Below the pieces are notes generated by a model that worked only from the letters and a program-made list of their open reading frames with translations, was not told where the DNA came from and ran no database searches. The translations under genes and the position numbers were made by a program. This document shows positions 50,161 through 61,834 of a stretch of 64,000 nt of DNA, piece after piece (the first letter of the stretch is position 1; the number at the start of each line of letters is the position of its first letter). The stretch comes from Trichormus sp. ATA11-4-KO1 (lineage in GTDB: Bacteria; Cyanobacteriota; Cyanobacteriia; Cyanobacteriales; Nostocaceae), in NCBI GenBank assembly GCA_019358915.1, contig JAHHIM010000006.1, forward strand, positions 32,001 to 96,000. The letters are read 5' to 3'.

Positions 50161-50805
50161 TTAATACTTCTGTAAAATTGCAGACAAAGAACTCTGTTTA
50201 CGAATATCCATCAAATCCGCCAAAGATTCTTTCCTTTGATCCAGTGGATGCCTATGATCTGGTGGTAGAACCGTCACTAGAGTCCTTGATTTAGCTCGCA
50301 TTTGGTTAATGGGCTTCAGTGGTTGCATCGGCACAAAAACTGGCGGACTCTTTAAAGTCATTGGCTCCCATTTTTCACGACTGCTTGGTTTCAAGGGTAT
50401 CGGCTGACGATCGCGTTTGATCGGTTTGCGAACTTTTTGACGCTGGTTGGGATGGTTGAGTAACCGGACAATGATGAAGCAACCACTTGCACAACTGAGG
50501 GCGATCGCCGCTACCATCCATAAAGGTGTGGCATTACTATTCTCAGAGGACGTTGTGATTGGTTTTTCAACTACGGCGGGAATTTCTTCTAGTTCTGCAT
50601 TGTCCCCACTGCCAGCGTAACCCAAGCTATACAAAGCTAAAGCAGCAGATCCAAGAAGCATTGTTAACAAACCAGCTAACAAAAGTCCAGGATGGTGTGT
50701 AAGCAGATAGATAAAAATGTTCGAGCTACCCATTACTCCTGACTTATCATTTGTCAGTTCCGTTACTTGGGTTGGCTCATACTGTACGCTCTGACTATGT
50801 TCCAT
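50161..50805 (-). CDS. Hypothetical membrane protein (2 TM)
   Basis: Two hydrophobic segments; C-terminal VTVLP....HPLD...SLADLMDIRK pattern. Confidence 0.75.
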   Translation of the reverse strand: MEHSQSVQYEPTQVTELTNDKSGVMGSSNIFIYLLTHHPGLLLAGLLTMLLGSAALALYSLGYAGSGDNAELEEIPAVVEKPITTSSENSNATPLWMVAAIALSCASGCFIIVRLLNHPNQRQKVRKPIKRDRQPIPLKPSSREKWEPMTLKSPPVFVPMQPLKPINQMRAKSRTLVTVLPPDHRHPLDQRKESLADLMDIRKQSSLSAILQKY

Positions 50806-50972
50806 GATTACTTTCAGATTTGTACCCCTCTAGCCCACGATTGTACTTGAGGAGTTAGCTATCAGGTATCCGTAGCCAGATTTCGGAATCTAGTAGCTTT
50901 TTTTTGGGAACGTAGGCTACTAAATCCGATATTTTTGCTAAAATCGCTGCTTTTAGTGAATCGTTAATTTGA

Positions 50973-52046
50973 CTATGATTTCGATTTGTTACCAGAATGC
51001 CTTTCTAAAGCTAGTTGAATTAACCGATCTACTAATTCTGGAAAGGGTATTCCACTGTAAGCCCAGAGTTGGGGGTACATACTAGTAGCAGTAAAGCCTG
51101 GTAAGGTGTTGATTTCATTAATCAATACTTCCCCAGTAGCTTCCACGTAGAAAAAGTCTACTCTTGCTAATCCCGCAGCATCAACAGCTGTAAAGGCTTG
51201 CAATGCCATATCTTGAATTTGGCGGCTGATGGCATCGGGGATGGATGCAGGAATCAGTAAATCTGCTCTCCCGGCGGTATATTTGGTTTCGTAATCATAA
51301 AAATCGCTATCAAAGGTAATCTCACCTACGATAGAGGCTTTAGTTTGCTCATTACCTAATACGGCACATTCTACTTCCCTAGCAACTACGCCTGCTTCCA
51401 CAATTAACCGTCGGTCATAACTAGCAGCATTATCTAAAGCCGCTTCTAATTCTTGGCGCGATCGCACTTTGGCGATACCCACTGATGAACCTAAGTTAGC
51501 AGGTTTGACAAAACAGGGATAACCCAAGTTTGCCTCAATTTCGTCACACAGTTTAGGAAACACACAAGGATTTGACCAAACTTGCGCTCTCGTTAACGCC
51601 TGATATTTCACCTGGGGTAATCCTGCTTGCTCAAATGCCGTTTTCATGGCAATTTTATCCATACCCATTGCTGAACCTAACACCCCAGAACCAACAAAAG
51701 GAACTTGCATCAAAGTAAGCAATCCCTGAATAGTACCATCTTCACCATTAGGGCCGTGGAGAATGGGAAACCAAACATCTACTGCGGTGACTTGAGGAGG
51801 TGATTGCCAAAGGCCAAGGGTGGAAGTTTGAGCTTCTAGGTACGGGATACCAGATTCTAAAACCTTTTGGGGTACTTCTCCTGCTAACCAATTTCCATTT
51901 TGTTGGATATAAAAAGGTAGGATTTCGTACTTACTAGCATTTTGCTCTGCACTTAAGGCTTTAGCGATCGCTCTTGCTGAACTAATGGAAACTTCATGTT
52001 CCCCAGAACGCCCACCAAATAGCAATCCCACCCGTAGCTTATTCAT
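50973..52046 (-). CDS. ddl: D-alanine--D-alanine ligase
   Basis: [29 protein letters not shown] and NEINTLPG motifs. Confidence 0.97.
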   Translation of the reverse strand: MNKLRVGLLFGGRSGEHEVSISSARAIAKALSAEQNASKYEILPFYIQQNGNWLAGEVPQKVLESGIPYLEAQTSTLGLWQSPPQVTAVDVWFPILHGPNGEDGTIQGLLTLMQVPFVGSGVLGSAMGMDKIAMKTAFEQAGLPQVKYQALTRAQVWSNPCVFPKLCDEIEANLGYPCFVKPANLGSSVGIAKVRSRQELEAALDNAASYDRRLIVEAGVVAREVECAVLGNEQTKASIVGEITFDSDFYDYETKYTAGRADLLIPASIPDAISRQIQDMALQAFTAVDAAGLARVDFFYVEATGEVLINEINTLPGFTATSMYPQLWAYSGIPFPELVDRLIQLALERHSGNKSKS

Positions 52047-52185
52047 CTTTAGTACCTCTACACTCCCAACGCAGATAGCGTATCACATCAGTGCTGAGTA
52101 ATTAATTCCCCTTTGTCTCACATAAAAGAGATAGGGGGAAACTTATATTTAGTCATTTCCCCTTGTCCTCCCCTCACTCGTCAAC

Positions 52186-52854
52186 TTACTTCTTCTTAGA
52201 AGAATAAGAATTACGCTGTGGTGGGACATCTTGTCGTAATTGTTGCCGTCCATTAGTAATAATACGTAACATATCTTTGAGGTCTTGCTCGATACCTTCG
52301 AGGACACTATCAGCGTATTCATCAGCGCCATTTTCAATATCTTGAGCTTGGGCGATCGCTGTTTGTCGCATGTCTTCCAACTCTTGTAGACAAGCACGCC
52401 GCTTATGATCAATTTCGGTGAGGGTTTCTTGCATCATTGCCTCACACTCTTGTTGCACTTGTCGCCGCAACTGTTCAGCTTCCCGCTCTGCCTGTCTGAT
52501 AATATCGCTTTCAGCTAAAATTTGCGCTCTTTTGGCTTGAGCTGCCTCAATTACTTGCTGTCCATATTCTTCAGCTTCCAACAGAACTTCTTGCTTTTGT
52601 TCCAAGATGGCAGCTGCTTCCTGAAACAGCGATGGCAATGAAAGCCTGATAAAATCAAGCTGTTCTAATAACCTCTCTTCATCTACTAATGTGCGTCCTG
52701 TTAGCGGAACGCGAAAACCATAGAGAATTAATTCCTCTAAGCGGTTGAGTTCCTGTTGAATATCTACGCTTCCCGTTCCGTTGGGATACTCGTGAGAGGG
52801 GGGATAGCTTCCGTTGTAATTGGGTTCGCCATTGGAGAGTTGTGGTTGTAGCAT
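52186..52854 (-). CDS. DivIVA-like coiled-coil cell-division protein (Cdv3-like)
   Basis: Coiled coil with GAD.YAD..L motif directly downstream of coaD. Confidence 0.72.
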   Translation of the reverse strand: MLQPQLSNGEPNYNGSYPPSHEYPNGTGSVDIQQELNRLEELILYGFRVPLTGRTLVDEERLLEQLDFIRLSLPSLFQEAAAILEQKQEVLLEAEEYGQQVIEAAQAKRAQILAESDIIRQAEREAEQLRRQVQQECEAMMQETLTEIDHKRRACLQELEDMRQTAIAQAQDIENGADEYADSVLEGIEQDLKDMLRIITNGRQQLRQDVPPQRNSYSSKKK

Positions 52855-53315
52855 TTGTATATATCTAGGGCAATTTCCTGAGGAACAAGATGATCAACAG
52901 ATCCGCCAAACCTTGCAATCTCTTTTACCACACTACTACTTAAAAAACTATACTCATTTGAGGTTGCAAGAAAAACTGTTTCAATTTGAGTAGAAATAGT
53001 TTTATTAGTATGAGCCATCTGTAGCTCTACCTCAAAGTCAGAAATTGCCCGTAAACCCCGTAACAAAACCTGTGCTTGTCGTTTTTGGGCATAGTTGACA
53101 GTCAGACCGTCAAAACCGTCCACTTCTACATTCGTTAGATGTCTAGTGGTGAGACGAATCTGTTCTAGTCTTTGCTGCACAGTAAACAGTGGTACTTTGT
53201 TAGGATTTCGGAGAACAGCAACAATCACCTGGTCAAACAGCCGACTCCCACGCTGAATGATGTCAAGGTGACCTAAAGTAATAGGGTCAAAGCTACCAGG
53301 ATAAATAGCAATCAC
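52764..53315 (-). CDS. coaD: Phosphopantetheine adenylyltransferase
   Basis: [20 protein letters not shown] and SSS.VKE motifs. Confidence 0.96.
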   Translation of the reverse strand: MIAIYPGSFDPITLGHLDIIQRGSRLFDQVIVAVLRNPNKVPLFTVQQRLEQIRLTTRHLTNVEVDGFDGLTVNYAQKRQAQVLLRGLRAISDFEVELQMAHTNKTISTQIETVFLATSNEYSFLSSSVVKEIARFGGSVDHLVPQEIALDIYKCYNHNSPMANPITTEAIPPLTSIPTEREA

Positions 53316-53387
53316 AAGATTTTCAATGTAACAAAGCTACTCAGGTAAGTATAGGGCATGGGACAGAGAAGAGGCAGGGGGGCAGGG

Positions 53388-53560
53388 CAGGGCTGTTTCA
53401 TTCGCTTGTGTTAGAGATTTGTCAAGAGGATAATCTCACGCAAAGGCGCAAAGACGCAAAGAAAAATCAGGTATTTCGGACTGAAGATGCCAAAATTTTT
53501 GGTCTTAATTGTGGATTTGCCCTTGCAATTTTAACCCTTTTAGGGAACGAATCAGCCCTG
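53388..53560. mobile_element. MITE (CAGGGCTGTTTCATTC...GAACGAATCAGCCCTG) inserted in a GGGGGCA repeat array
   Basis: 16-bp imperfect terminal inverted repeats, GGG on both flanks; internal CTCACGCAAAGGCGCAAAG repeat. Confidence 0.7.
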
Positions 53561-53757
53561 GGGGGCAGGGGGGCAGGACAGTGGTAATTTAATTTTTGGA
53601 GTTACCTAACATAAGTTTTTTCTCCTCCGCTCCCCATCTCCCCATCCCCCCATCTCCCCACTCCCCAGCAAAACCTGCTCTAATTGATAAAGCCCCTTTC
53701 CGTCATGGGGTTGACAGATAATAACAATTAATAATGTCGTCAACTAGGTAGTTTTGC

Positions 53758-54624
53758 ATGGTACTGGATTTTTCCACTTTGCCTTTGGCGTTTCAATTTA
53801 CTTCTCCGGGCCCAGTTTTGGTAGATATAGGGCCAATAAGTATTCGCTGGTATGGCTTGTTGATTGCCACAGCTGTGTTAATCGGCGTTAGCCTTTCCCA
53901 GTATCTGGCCAAACGCCGTAACGTTAATCCAGAATTGCTGAGTGATTTGTCAATTTGGCTGGTGATTGGGGCAATTCCCGCAGCGCGTCTTTATTATGTT
54001 TTGTTTCAGTGGTCAGAATACTCCCAGCACCCAGAGCGAATTATCGCTATTTGGCAAGGAGGTATTGCCATTCACGGTGCAATTCTCGGTGGTATTTTGG
54101 CGGCTGTAATCTTTGCCAAACTGAAGCAGATTTCTTTTTGGCAACTGGCTGATTTAGTGGCTCCTTCGCTGATTTTAGGGCAGGCGATCGGCCGTTGGGG
54201 AAATTTCTTTAACTCTGAAGCTTTTGGTCGTCCTACTAATTTACCTTGGAAGCTATATATTCCACCGGAACATCGCCCTGCTGAGTTAGCTAATTTTGAA
54301 TACTTCCATCCCACTTTCCTCTACGAATCTCTGTGGAATTTAATGGTATTTGCCTTGCTCATAACTTTATTTTTTCGGGGTTTATCTGGCAAGCCACGCC
54401 TGCGCTTAGGTACACTATTTTTGGTTTACTTGGCAACCTACAGCTTAGGCCGTCTATGGATTGAAGGTTTTCGCATTGATAGTCTGATGCTGGGACCACT
54501 GCGAATAGCACAAGTCGTGAGTTTCACAGGCATTATTTTAGGATTAGCTGGTTTAGCTTGGCTTTACTTACGTAAGCGTCCTTTACCTGATGTGGTTTCT
54601 CAGCCGATGATAAGTGACAGTTGA
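53758..54624 (+). CDS. lgt: Prolipoprotein diacylglyceryl transferase
   Basis: [22 protein letters not shown] and HPTFLYE motifs. Confidence 0.96.
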   Translation: MVLDFSTLPLAFQFTSPGPVLVDIGPISIRWYGLLIATAVLIGVSLSQYLAKRRNVNPELLSDLSIWLVIGAIPAARLYYVLFQWSEYSQHPERIIAIWQGGIAIHGAILGGILAAVIFAKLKQISFWQLADLVAPSLILGQAIGRWGNFFNSEAFGRPTNLPWKLYIPPEHRPAELANFEYFHPTFLYESLWNLMVFALLITLFFRGLSGKPRLRLGTLFLVYLATYSLGRLWIEGFRIDSLMLGPLRIAQVVSFTGIILGLAGLAWLYLRKRPLPDVVSQPMISDS

Positions 54625-54853
54625 CAGGAGAAGAGTATTTTTATCAGTTCTTTTCCCTCGGCACCGCATCTCTTCTACTCAAAAATAAAAAATGCCCCAG
54701 AGTATTCTCTAGGGCTTAACCAGGGTGCATCTACCATTAATCTCTACTAGAGATAGAGGGTTAATCCGGAAAGATACTGAGAGAATACTAAAAAAATTTT
54801 TTGAGGATTTTTCTGCCTACAGGAAATTACGTAAGCAATCTAAAAATGTGTAT

Positions 54854-55636
54854 ATGAAAAATAATTTAGCTTCCCAGCAGTCAGCAGTTTACATTGTGGG
54901 AGCAGGCCCCGGAGATCCAGATTTATTAACAGTCAAAGCGCAGAAACTCCTGGCTGTTGCAGATGTCGTTTTATTTGCTGATTCCTTAGTACCAGAGCAG
55001 ATTTTACACCTTTGCCGACAAGATGCGGAAATTATTCGGACTGCGAATAAAACTTTAGAAGAGATTCTCGCACTGATGATAGAACGGGTGCGATCGCATA
55101 AATCTGTAGTTCGTCTCCATTCAGGTGATCCCAGTCTTTACAGCGCAGTCCATGAGCAAATGCGTCTTTTGGCAGAAGCTAATATTCCCTTTGAAGTCAT
55201 ACCAGGTATTAGCGCTTTTCAAGCCGCAGCCGCCAAACTCAAAATAGAGTTGACTATCCCCAGCTTAGTCCAGACTATCATCCTGACGCGCATCAGTGGA
55301 CGTACAGAAGTTCCCCCCAATGAAGAATTAGCCACCTTGGCGGCACATCAAGCGAGTCTTTGTCTTTATCTCAGTGCGCGTCATGTCGAAAATGCCCAAG
55401 CCAAACTCTTGGAACACTACCCAGCAGAAACACCTATCGCCATTTGCTTTCGCCTCGGATGGCCTGATGAAAAAATTCGGGTTGTTCCCCTCAACCAAAT
55501 GGCAGAATGTACACATCAAGAAAAGCTGATTCGTACTACACTTTATCTCATCAGTCCAGCACTTACACCAGCCACAGAGCGATCGCGTTTATATCATCCA
55601 GAACATAGTCATCTGTTTCGTTCCTCTCATCATTAG
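54854..55636 (+). CDS. cobM: Precorrin-4 C11-methyltransferase
   Basis: VGAGPGDPDL, RLHSGDPS.Y.A..EQ and QTIILTR; start set at MKNNLAS. Confidence 0.9.
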   Translation: MKNNLASQQSAVYIVGAGPGDPDLLTVKAQKLLAVADVVLFADSLVPEQILHLCRQDAEIIRTANKTLEEILALMIERVRSHKSVVRLHSGDPSLYSAVHEQMRLLAEANIPFEVIPGISAFQAAAAKLKIELTIPSLVQTIILTRISGRTEVPPNEELATLAAHQASLCLYLSARHVENAQAKLLEHYPAETPIAICFRLGWPDEKIRVVPLNQMAECTHQEKLIRTTLYLISPALTPATERSRLYHPEHSHLFRSSHH

Positions 55637-56264
55637 CTACGGTGTACACACAAGGAAATTTCTCAGTTTGTATTTATCCCGCCTCCCAATTCATTGGGAG
55701 TTTCATAGCAAAATTCCACTAAACTGGACTGAATTTAAAAAGTTACTTATTAAGTAAAAAGACAATTAATTGAGGGTATGTAAAATACTTATTTTCGATA
55801 TAGGTTATTCTAATAATTCTCATCAACATGCCTAAGAGGTCGTTAAAAAAGGGTATCTCTATGCCATATTGAAAGCAGCATAGCAAAGTGAAATACTCAG
55901 TATATCTGCAAAAGCCCAGATTATTTGCTCCACTGAGAATGACACAATTATACCCTCTGGGACTTTTCAAAAATTCTCTAATGTGCAGCAATATAAATAT
56001 TTTTTTATTTAAATAAAACCTGTATTCAATCATCTCAATAATTGAGGTAAAAATTTTTAATAAATAACTCAAAAAATATATTCACCATACAAATTGGCTT
56101 TAAAACTGAATATAAAGTGTTAACATTTATAAATAAACATGAGTGAATGATTTCACTGAATGTTACTAAAAAGACGGAATCAATCAAAGATTTCACATTT
56201 TTTAGGATCAAACTAATAAATCACAAAATTTACAGTTGAGCAATAGCCTAAAGACATAAATTCA

Positions 56265-59200
56265 ATGTTAAATCGTTTGAAGATGGGAACCAAAATTGGT
56301 GCAGGTTTTGCCATGAGTCTGGCAATACTAGCTACAATTGGTATCATCTCTTATCAAAGCACTAATGAACTAATTGCAACTTCGCGCAAAGAAAAACATA
56401 CCTATCAGGTGCTAAGTCAGCTGGAGGCACTGGAATCTCAACTGATATACGCTGAGACGGGACAAAGGGGTTATATCATTACTGGAGAACAGCGCTATCT
56501 GGAACCTTATAACGCTACCTCGATATTGCTGGCTCAAACAGTTAAAGAACTTAAAGAATTAACAGTAGATAATCCTCAGCAGCAGCGTCGGCTTGATAGG
56601 TTGCAGCCAATGATCAGCGAGAGAATGGCTGTAATGCAACAAATAATTAATTTGCGCCAAAGCCAAGGCTGGGAAGCTGCTCAGAAGGCTATCCTGACAG
56701 ATGAGGGCAAGCAACTAAGGAATGAAATCCAAAGAATCATCCAGGAAATGGAAGATGAGGAGAATGTACTGCTCAAACAACGCTCTGAACAGGCACAAGT
56801 GGCAGCAGGGCGAACTATTAACAGCATTACTTATAGTATTCCTTTAGTTTCTCTGATCCTAGTTTTGATTGGATTCCTATTGACCCACCATATCTCCACA
56901 CCACTAAAACAATTTTCTGATACGGCGGAAAAAATTGCCGATGGTAATTTATCAGTCAGCTTACCAAATAGCGATCGCCAGGATGAAATTGGCGTGCTGA
57001 CGCGAACCTTGAATCAGATGATTGCTAATCTGCAAAATATTACTCAAAAAAATTACGAGCAAAATTGGTTCAACTCTCATTTAGCTGAGTTTACTCAGAT
57101 GCTTCAGGGACAGCGCCATCTCAAAAGTGTGTCTCAAATGATCTTGTCGAATCTGGCACCATTAGTTGGCGCGCAGCAAGGCGTTTTCTATTTAATGGAC
57201 TCGACTGAAGACCAGCCTGTACTAAAACTTTTAAGTAGTTATGCTTATCAAGAACGTAAACACCTAGCAAATCGGTTTCGCTTAGGTGAGGGATTGGTGG
57301 GACAATGCGCCCTCGAAAAACAAAGAATTCTTTTAACTGAAGTACCAAGCGACTACATCCGCATTCATTCTGGTTTAGGCGAAGCTGTACCATTAAATCT
57401 CATTGTGTTGCCTGTCCTATTTGAGAACGAGGTAACTGCCGTGATTGAACTTGCTTCTTTGCAGAAATTTAGTAATCTGCATTTGCAATTTTTAGAGCAA
57501 TTCAGCGAAATCATCGGCGTATTTTTGAATAATATTGCTGCCAATGAACAAACTCAGCAGTTGCTAGAAGAGTCTCAGGCTTTAACAGAAGAACTCAAAC
57601 AAAGCAATCAACTTTTAGAACAGCAGACACACGAATTAGAAGCATCACAATTACTGCTAAAGCAGCAACAAGAGGAATTGAAGCAGTCTAACGAAGAATT
57701 ACAGCAGCTAAATGAGGAATTAGAAGAAAAAGCGGAATTGTTAGAAGTGCAAAATCGGGAAGTTGCCCGGAAAAATCAGGAGGTTGAGCGAGCGAGGCAA
57801 TCTTTGGCAGAAAAAGCCGAACAATTGGCTTTGTCTTCCAAATATAAATCAGAATTCTTGGCGAATATGTCTCATGAATTGCGAACGCCACTCAATAGCT
57901 TGTTAATTTTAGCCAGACTGCTGGCAGATAATTCTGAAGGTCATTTGACAGACAAGCAAGTAGAGTACAGCCAAACAATCTACTCTGCTGGGACGGATTT
58001 GCTGGAGTTAATTAATGACATATTAGATTTGGCAAAAATTGAGTCAGGAAGTCTTTCCGTAGAGATTGAGCAAATCACCTTCGCAGACTTGCAGGCATCT
58101 CTCAAGCGGACTTTCAGTCAAATTGCCCAGGATAAAGGACTCAGTTTTACAACTGAACTAGATGACAACTTGCCGGATGCCATTTCTAACGACTCCAAAC
58201 GCTTGCAACAAATACTCAAAAATCTGTTGGCTAATGCTTTTAAGTTTACCGAACAGGGAGGAGTAAAATTCCAAATTGGCATGGCTGAAGATACTGATCA
58301 AAACGGTAGTCCCATGATTGCTTTTACAGTCACCGATACAGGTATTGGGATTCCCGTTGAGAAACAGAAGATTATTTTTGAAGCATTTCAGCAAGCAGAC
58401 GGAACTACTAGCCGTAAATATGGGGGAACTGGCTTAGGCTTGTCCATCAGCCGCGAACTAGCTCAATTGTTGGGTGGGAGAATTGAATTATTCAGCCAAG
58501 CAGGACAGGGAAGTACTTTTACTCTCTACCTACCGCAGACTTACACTGGCAATCAACAAACAGTTGTTCAGGAACAAAGCAGCACAAGAGAAATTCCCTC
58601 CTTACCCGCCACCCCTCCAACAAAGTTACCCCCCGCTTACTCTAATGACATCCCCGACGATCGCGAAAAAATTCAACCAGGCGATCGCGTCTTGCTAATT
58701 GTCGAAGATGATGAGAAATTTGCCCGCATCTTCCTAGAAATCGCCCGTCAACAGGGTTTTAAAGTCATCGTCGCCCTGCAAAGCAAACAAGGTTTAGCTC
58801 TAGCACAACAATTTAAACCCGATGCCATTACCCTAGATATCCATATGCCAGATATGGACGGTTGGACAATGCTGGATCGTCTCAAGCATGATCCCGAAAC
58901 CAGACATATTCCCGTCCATATCCTGTCTGTGGACGACAGAGAGCAACGGGGGTTACAGCTAGGAGCAATTACTTACCTACAAAAACCCATATCTCCAGAA
59001 GATATCAGTCAAGCATTGACCGAAATTAAAGGCTTTATTGAGCGTAAGGTAAAAAATCTCCTCATCATAGAAGATGACCCCGTACAAGCCCAAAGTATTA
59101 TTGAATTGATCGGTAATAGTGATGTCCAAAGTACAGCAGTGAGTACAGGAGCCGAAGCACTAGCAATTTTGCAATCACAGCGATTTGACTGTATGGTGCT

Positions 59201-59855
59201 GGATTTAGGTTTACCTGATATGAGTGGTTTAGAACTGATTGAGCAGATTAAGCAAAAATCCAGCCTCTTGAAACTGCCAATCATTGTTTACACTGGCAAA
59301 GAATTAACCAGGCAAGAAGACACCCAATTAAGAAGACTAGCAGAGACAATTATTATCAAGAATGTGCGATCGCCAGAGCGTTTATTCGATGAAACTGCCT
59401 TGTTCCTCCATCGAGTACAAGCAAATTTACCCCAACCGAAGCGCCAGATATTAGAGCAACTGCGGCAAACAGATCCGGTACTGGCTGATCGCAAAATTCT
59501 CATTGTGGATGATGACTTGCGCAATATCTTTGCTATTACCAGCTTCTTAGAAAGCTATCAAATGGAAGTATTATTTGCCGAAAATGGCAGAGATGGCATT
59601 GAAATACTCCAAGCTAACCCCGACATTAATGCTGTGTTAATGGATATCATGATGCCAGAAATGGATGGTTATGAAACCACCCGTGCCATCCGCCAGCAAG
59701 AGCAATTCCGCTCATTACCGATTGTTGCTTTAACAGCTAAAGCCATGTCTGGCGATCGCCAAAAGTGCATTGAGGCAGGTGCTTCTGACTACATCAGCAA
59801 ACCTGTAGATACTGAGCAACTACTTTCTCTGCTCAGGGTGTGGCTGTATCGGTAA
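56265..59855 (+). CDS. Hybrid histidine kinase (CHASE3-HAMP-GAF-coiled coil-HisKA-HATPase-3xREC)
   Basis: ETGQRGY..TG...YL.PY (CHASE3), DEIG.L (HAMP), MSHELRTPL, GGTGLGL; three receiver domains. Confidence 0.93.
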   Translation: MLNRLKMGTKIGAGFAMSLAILATIGIISYQSTNELIATSRKEKHTYQVLSQLEALESQLIYAETGQRGYIITGEQRYLEPYNATSILLAQTVKELKELTVDNPQQQRRLDRLQPMISERMAVMQQIINLRQSQGWEAAQKAILTDEGKQLRNEIQRIIQEMEDEENVLLKQRSEQAQVAAGRTINSITYSIPLVSLILVLIGFLLTHHISTPLKQFSDTAEKIADGNLSVSLPNSDRQDEIGVLTRTLNQMIANLQNITQKNYEQNWFNSHLAEFTQMLQGQRHLKSVSQMILSNLAPLVGAQQGVFYLMDSTEDQPVLKLLSSYAYQERKHLANRFRLGEGLVGQCALEKQRILLTEVPSDYIRIHSGLGEAVPLNLIVLPVLFENEVTAVIELASLQKFSNLHLQFLEQFSEIIGVFLNNIAANEQTQQLLEESQALTEELKQSNQLLEQQTHELEASQLLLKQQQEELKQSNEELQQLNEELEEKAELLEVQNREVARKNQEVERARQSLAEKAEQLALSSKYKSEFLANMSHELRTPLNSLLILARLLADNSEGHLTDKQVEYSQTIYSAGTDLLELINDILDLAKIESGSLSVEIEQITFADLQASLKRTFSQIAQDKGLSFTTELDDNLPDAISNDSKRLQQILKNLLANAFKFTEQGGVKFQIGMAEDTDQNGSPMIAFTVTDTGIGIPVEKQKIIFEAFQQADGTTSRKYGGTGLGLSISRELAQLLGGRIELFSQAGQGSTFTLYLPQTYTGNQQTVVQEQSSTREIPSLPATPPTKLPPAYSNDIPDDREKIQPGDRVLLIVEDDEKFARIFLEIARQQGFKVIVALQSKQGLALAQQFKPDAITLDIHMPDMDGWTMLDRLKHDPETRHIPVHILSVDDREQRGLQLGAITYLQKPISPEDISQALTEIKGFIERKVKNLLIIEDDPVQAQSIIELIGNSDVQSTAVSTGAEALAILQSQRFDCMVLDLGLPDMSGLELIEQIKQKSSLLKLPIIVYTGKELTRQEDTQLRRLAETIIIKNVRSPERLFDETALFLHRVQANLPQPKRQILEQLRQTDPVLADRKILIVDDDLRNIFAITSFLESYQMEVLFAENGRDGIEILQANPDINAVLMDIMMPEMDGYETTRAIRQQEQFRSLPIVALTAKAMSGDRQKCIEAGASDYISKPVDTEQLLSLLRVWLYR

Positions 59856-59871
59856 TTGGGACTTTTACAAC

Positions 59872-60095
59872 TAAGTAGGTGGGTGGGAAAATTTATCGCT
59901 AGGATAAGGCAGAAGGCAGTCCCAATGAAACGAGTTTCACAGCCAAGTATGAAAGAGAGACTAGAAGCTAGAGACTGGAATTTTTACTCAGCACTTTCAA
60001 GTCAGAAGGCAGAAGGCAGGAGGCAGAAGGGAAGAGGGTTTTAAGCTGATTCATTTTTCTTTACATAGTTGATTTTATTTGTGCCTACCTACTTA
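59872..60095 (+). mobile_element. MITE copy 3 (224 bp) with internal insertion at about 59920-60002
   Basis: Same ends and body as 40231-40354 plus an extra segment inside the GGCAGAA array. Confidence 0.88.
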
Positions 60096-61598
60096 ATGTT
60101 GCGGCAAATCTTTCACAGCCGGTCCATGCAGCACTGTACCGTCATAGCTGAAACGAGAACCATGACAGGGACAGTCCCAACTCTTTTCGGCACTGTTCCA
60201 AGCCACAATACAACCTAAGTGCGGACAAACAGCGCTCACTGCGTGAATTTCTCCTTGTTCATCCCGATAGGCAGCTGTTTGCTTACCGTTAATTGTGACC
60301 AATTTTCCTTCACCATTTACCACATCGTCCACAGAATTACCCCATCCTTGGAGGCGATCGCTCACCCAACGTGTTCCCACATCTAGGTTTTGCTTAATTC
60401 CTTCTGTGGTCACAAACGGCGTGGCGCGAGTAGCATCATATAACTCAGTCCCAGGATTTTTGATGCCCAAAATCTGGTCTGCTAGCAGCATTCCCGACAT
60501 CGTGCCTTTTGTCATCCCCCACAGGCTAAACCCAGTTGCTACATAAATATGTTGGTTGAACGGAGTCAAATTACCAATGTAGGGTAACTGATCAAAGGAA
60601 ACCATGTCTTGGGTTGACCAACGATATGCAAACGATTCAATCCCAAATCGAGAGCGGGCAAATTCTTCTAAGTCCAAGTATTTTTCTTCAGTCTTAGTCA
60701 CAGTCCCAACTTTATGTCCGCCGCCACCCACAAGTAGCAGCAAACCATCTGCGTGAGGCGTAGTGCGAATTGAATAGTATTTTTCACCAATTCCAATAAA
60801 CATCCCCTCTGGTGCTTGCGATCGCTCAATTCGTGCCCCAATAATGTAAGAACGTTGAGGATAAGTTTTGGCAAAGAATAAGCCTTGGTCGAGGATGGGC
60901 AGATTGGTGGCAATAATCACATCTTTGGCTTTAATAGTTCCCTTGTCTGTGATCACTTGACAAATTTTATCTTCTTCTACCTTCAGCACTCGTGTATTTT
61001 CAAATACATGGCTACCTTCACCAGGGATGCGATTGACGAGGTGCAACAAGTATTTGCGTGAATGAAATTGAGCTTGGTTGTCAAATTTGATTGCACCAGC
61101 AACAGGAAAAGGCAACGAAGTTTCACTGACAAAGGAGGCAGGTAAGCCCAGTTTAGTAGCAGCCTCCACCTCTTGTTGAATCCGACTTAGTTGCTCTGGA
61201 GATTCTGTAAAAGTATAGGCACTCTGGCGGCTAAAGTCACAATCTATTTGTTCTTCCTCAACGAAAGCTGCTACACGCTCTATTGCGGCTTGGTTGGAAT
61301 TTGCGTAAATCTGCGCCTTATCTTCGCCAAATTTGGCAATTAGATCAGCATAAATTAATTGGTGCAGAGAAGTAACTTTGGCAGTTGTATGACCGCTAAC
61401 GCCTGTTGATATCTGCTTTGACTCAATGAGCGCCACAGTTTTGCCAGCACGTTTTAACAATGTGGCAGCAGTTATACCCACAATACCCGCTCCCGTGATC
61501 GCCACATCTACCGTGACATCATGCGCTGGCGATGGAAAGTGAGTTTCCGGCGTTGAGTCAATCCAAAAAGAAATGGGTTTTCCAGGTATATAAGTCAT
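60093..61598 (-). CDS. FAD-dependent oxidoreductase with C-terminal Rieske domain (YhfW-like)
   Basis: GAGIVG and SGHTTAK; CPHLGC...[11 protein letters not shown]ieske motif. Confidence 0.92.
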   Translation of the reverse strand: MTYIPGKPISFWIDSTPETHFPSPAHDVTVDVAITGAGIVGITAATLLKRAGKTVALIESKQISTGVSGHTTAKVTSLHQLIYADLIAKFGEDKAQIYANSNQAAIERVAAFVEEEQIDCDFSRQSAYTFTESPEQLSRIQQEVEAATKLGLPASFVSETSLPFPVAGAIKFDNQAQFHSRKYLLHLVNRIPGEGSHVFENTRVLKVEEDKICQVITDKGTIKAKDVIIATNLPILDQGLFFAKTYPQRSYIIGARIERSQAPEGMFIGIGEKYYSIRTTPHADGLLLLVGGGGHKVGTVTKTEEKYLDLEEFARSRFGIESFAYRWSTQDMVSFDQLPYIGNLTPFNQHIYVATGFSLWGMTKGTMSGMLLADQILGIKNPGTELYDATRATPFVTTEGIKQNLDVGTRWVSDRLQGWGNSVDDVVNGEGKLVTINGKQTAAYRDEQGEIHAVSAVCPHLGCIVAWNSAEKSWDCPCHGSRFSYDGTVLHGPAVKDLPQH

Positions 61599-61834
61599 GG
61601 TTATATGCAGAAAGTTTTACTTTATCTGTGACTTTATTTGGCAGAGATACTACTCCAGATAAAGTACTTATTCAGATGATTTTCATCACTAAGTTAGACG
61701 ATTTATTAATTTAAAAAAACTATCTATGGGATAATAGGTATTTACCCCTTGAAGGATATTTATTTGGGTCGAGAGATGGAAAAATCAAAATATTTAATAT
61801 TCGTTTAAATGTTCATTAGATAGGTATAAATAAG

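Noticed and set aside
54765..54770. Heterocyst DIF1 promoter motif TCCGGA upstream of cobM
   Set aside because: Single hexamer expected by chance; no supporting -10 element or TSS evidence
55743..56072. 109-aa minus-strand ORF
   Set aside because: Very AT-rich I/F/Y/K-biased sequence in the kinase promoter region; likely spurious
59856..60044. 62-aa ORF after the kinase
   Set aside because: Almost entirely within the MITE and its heptamer repeats
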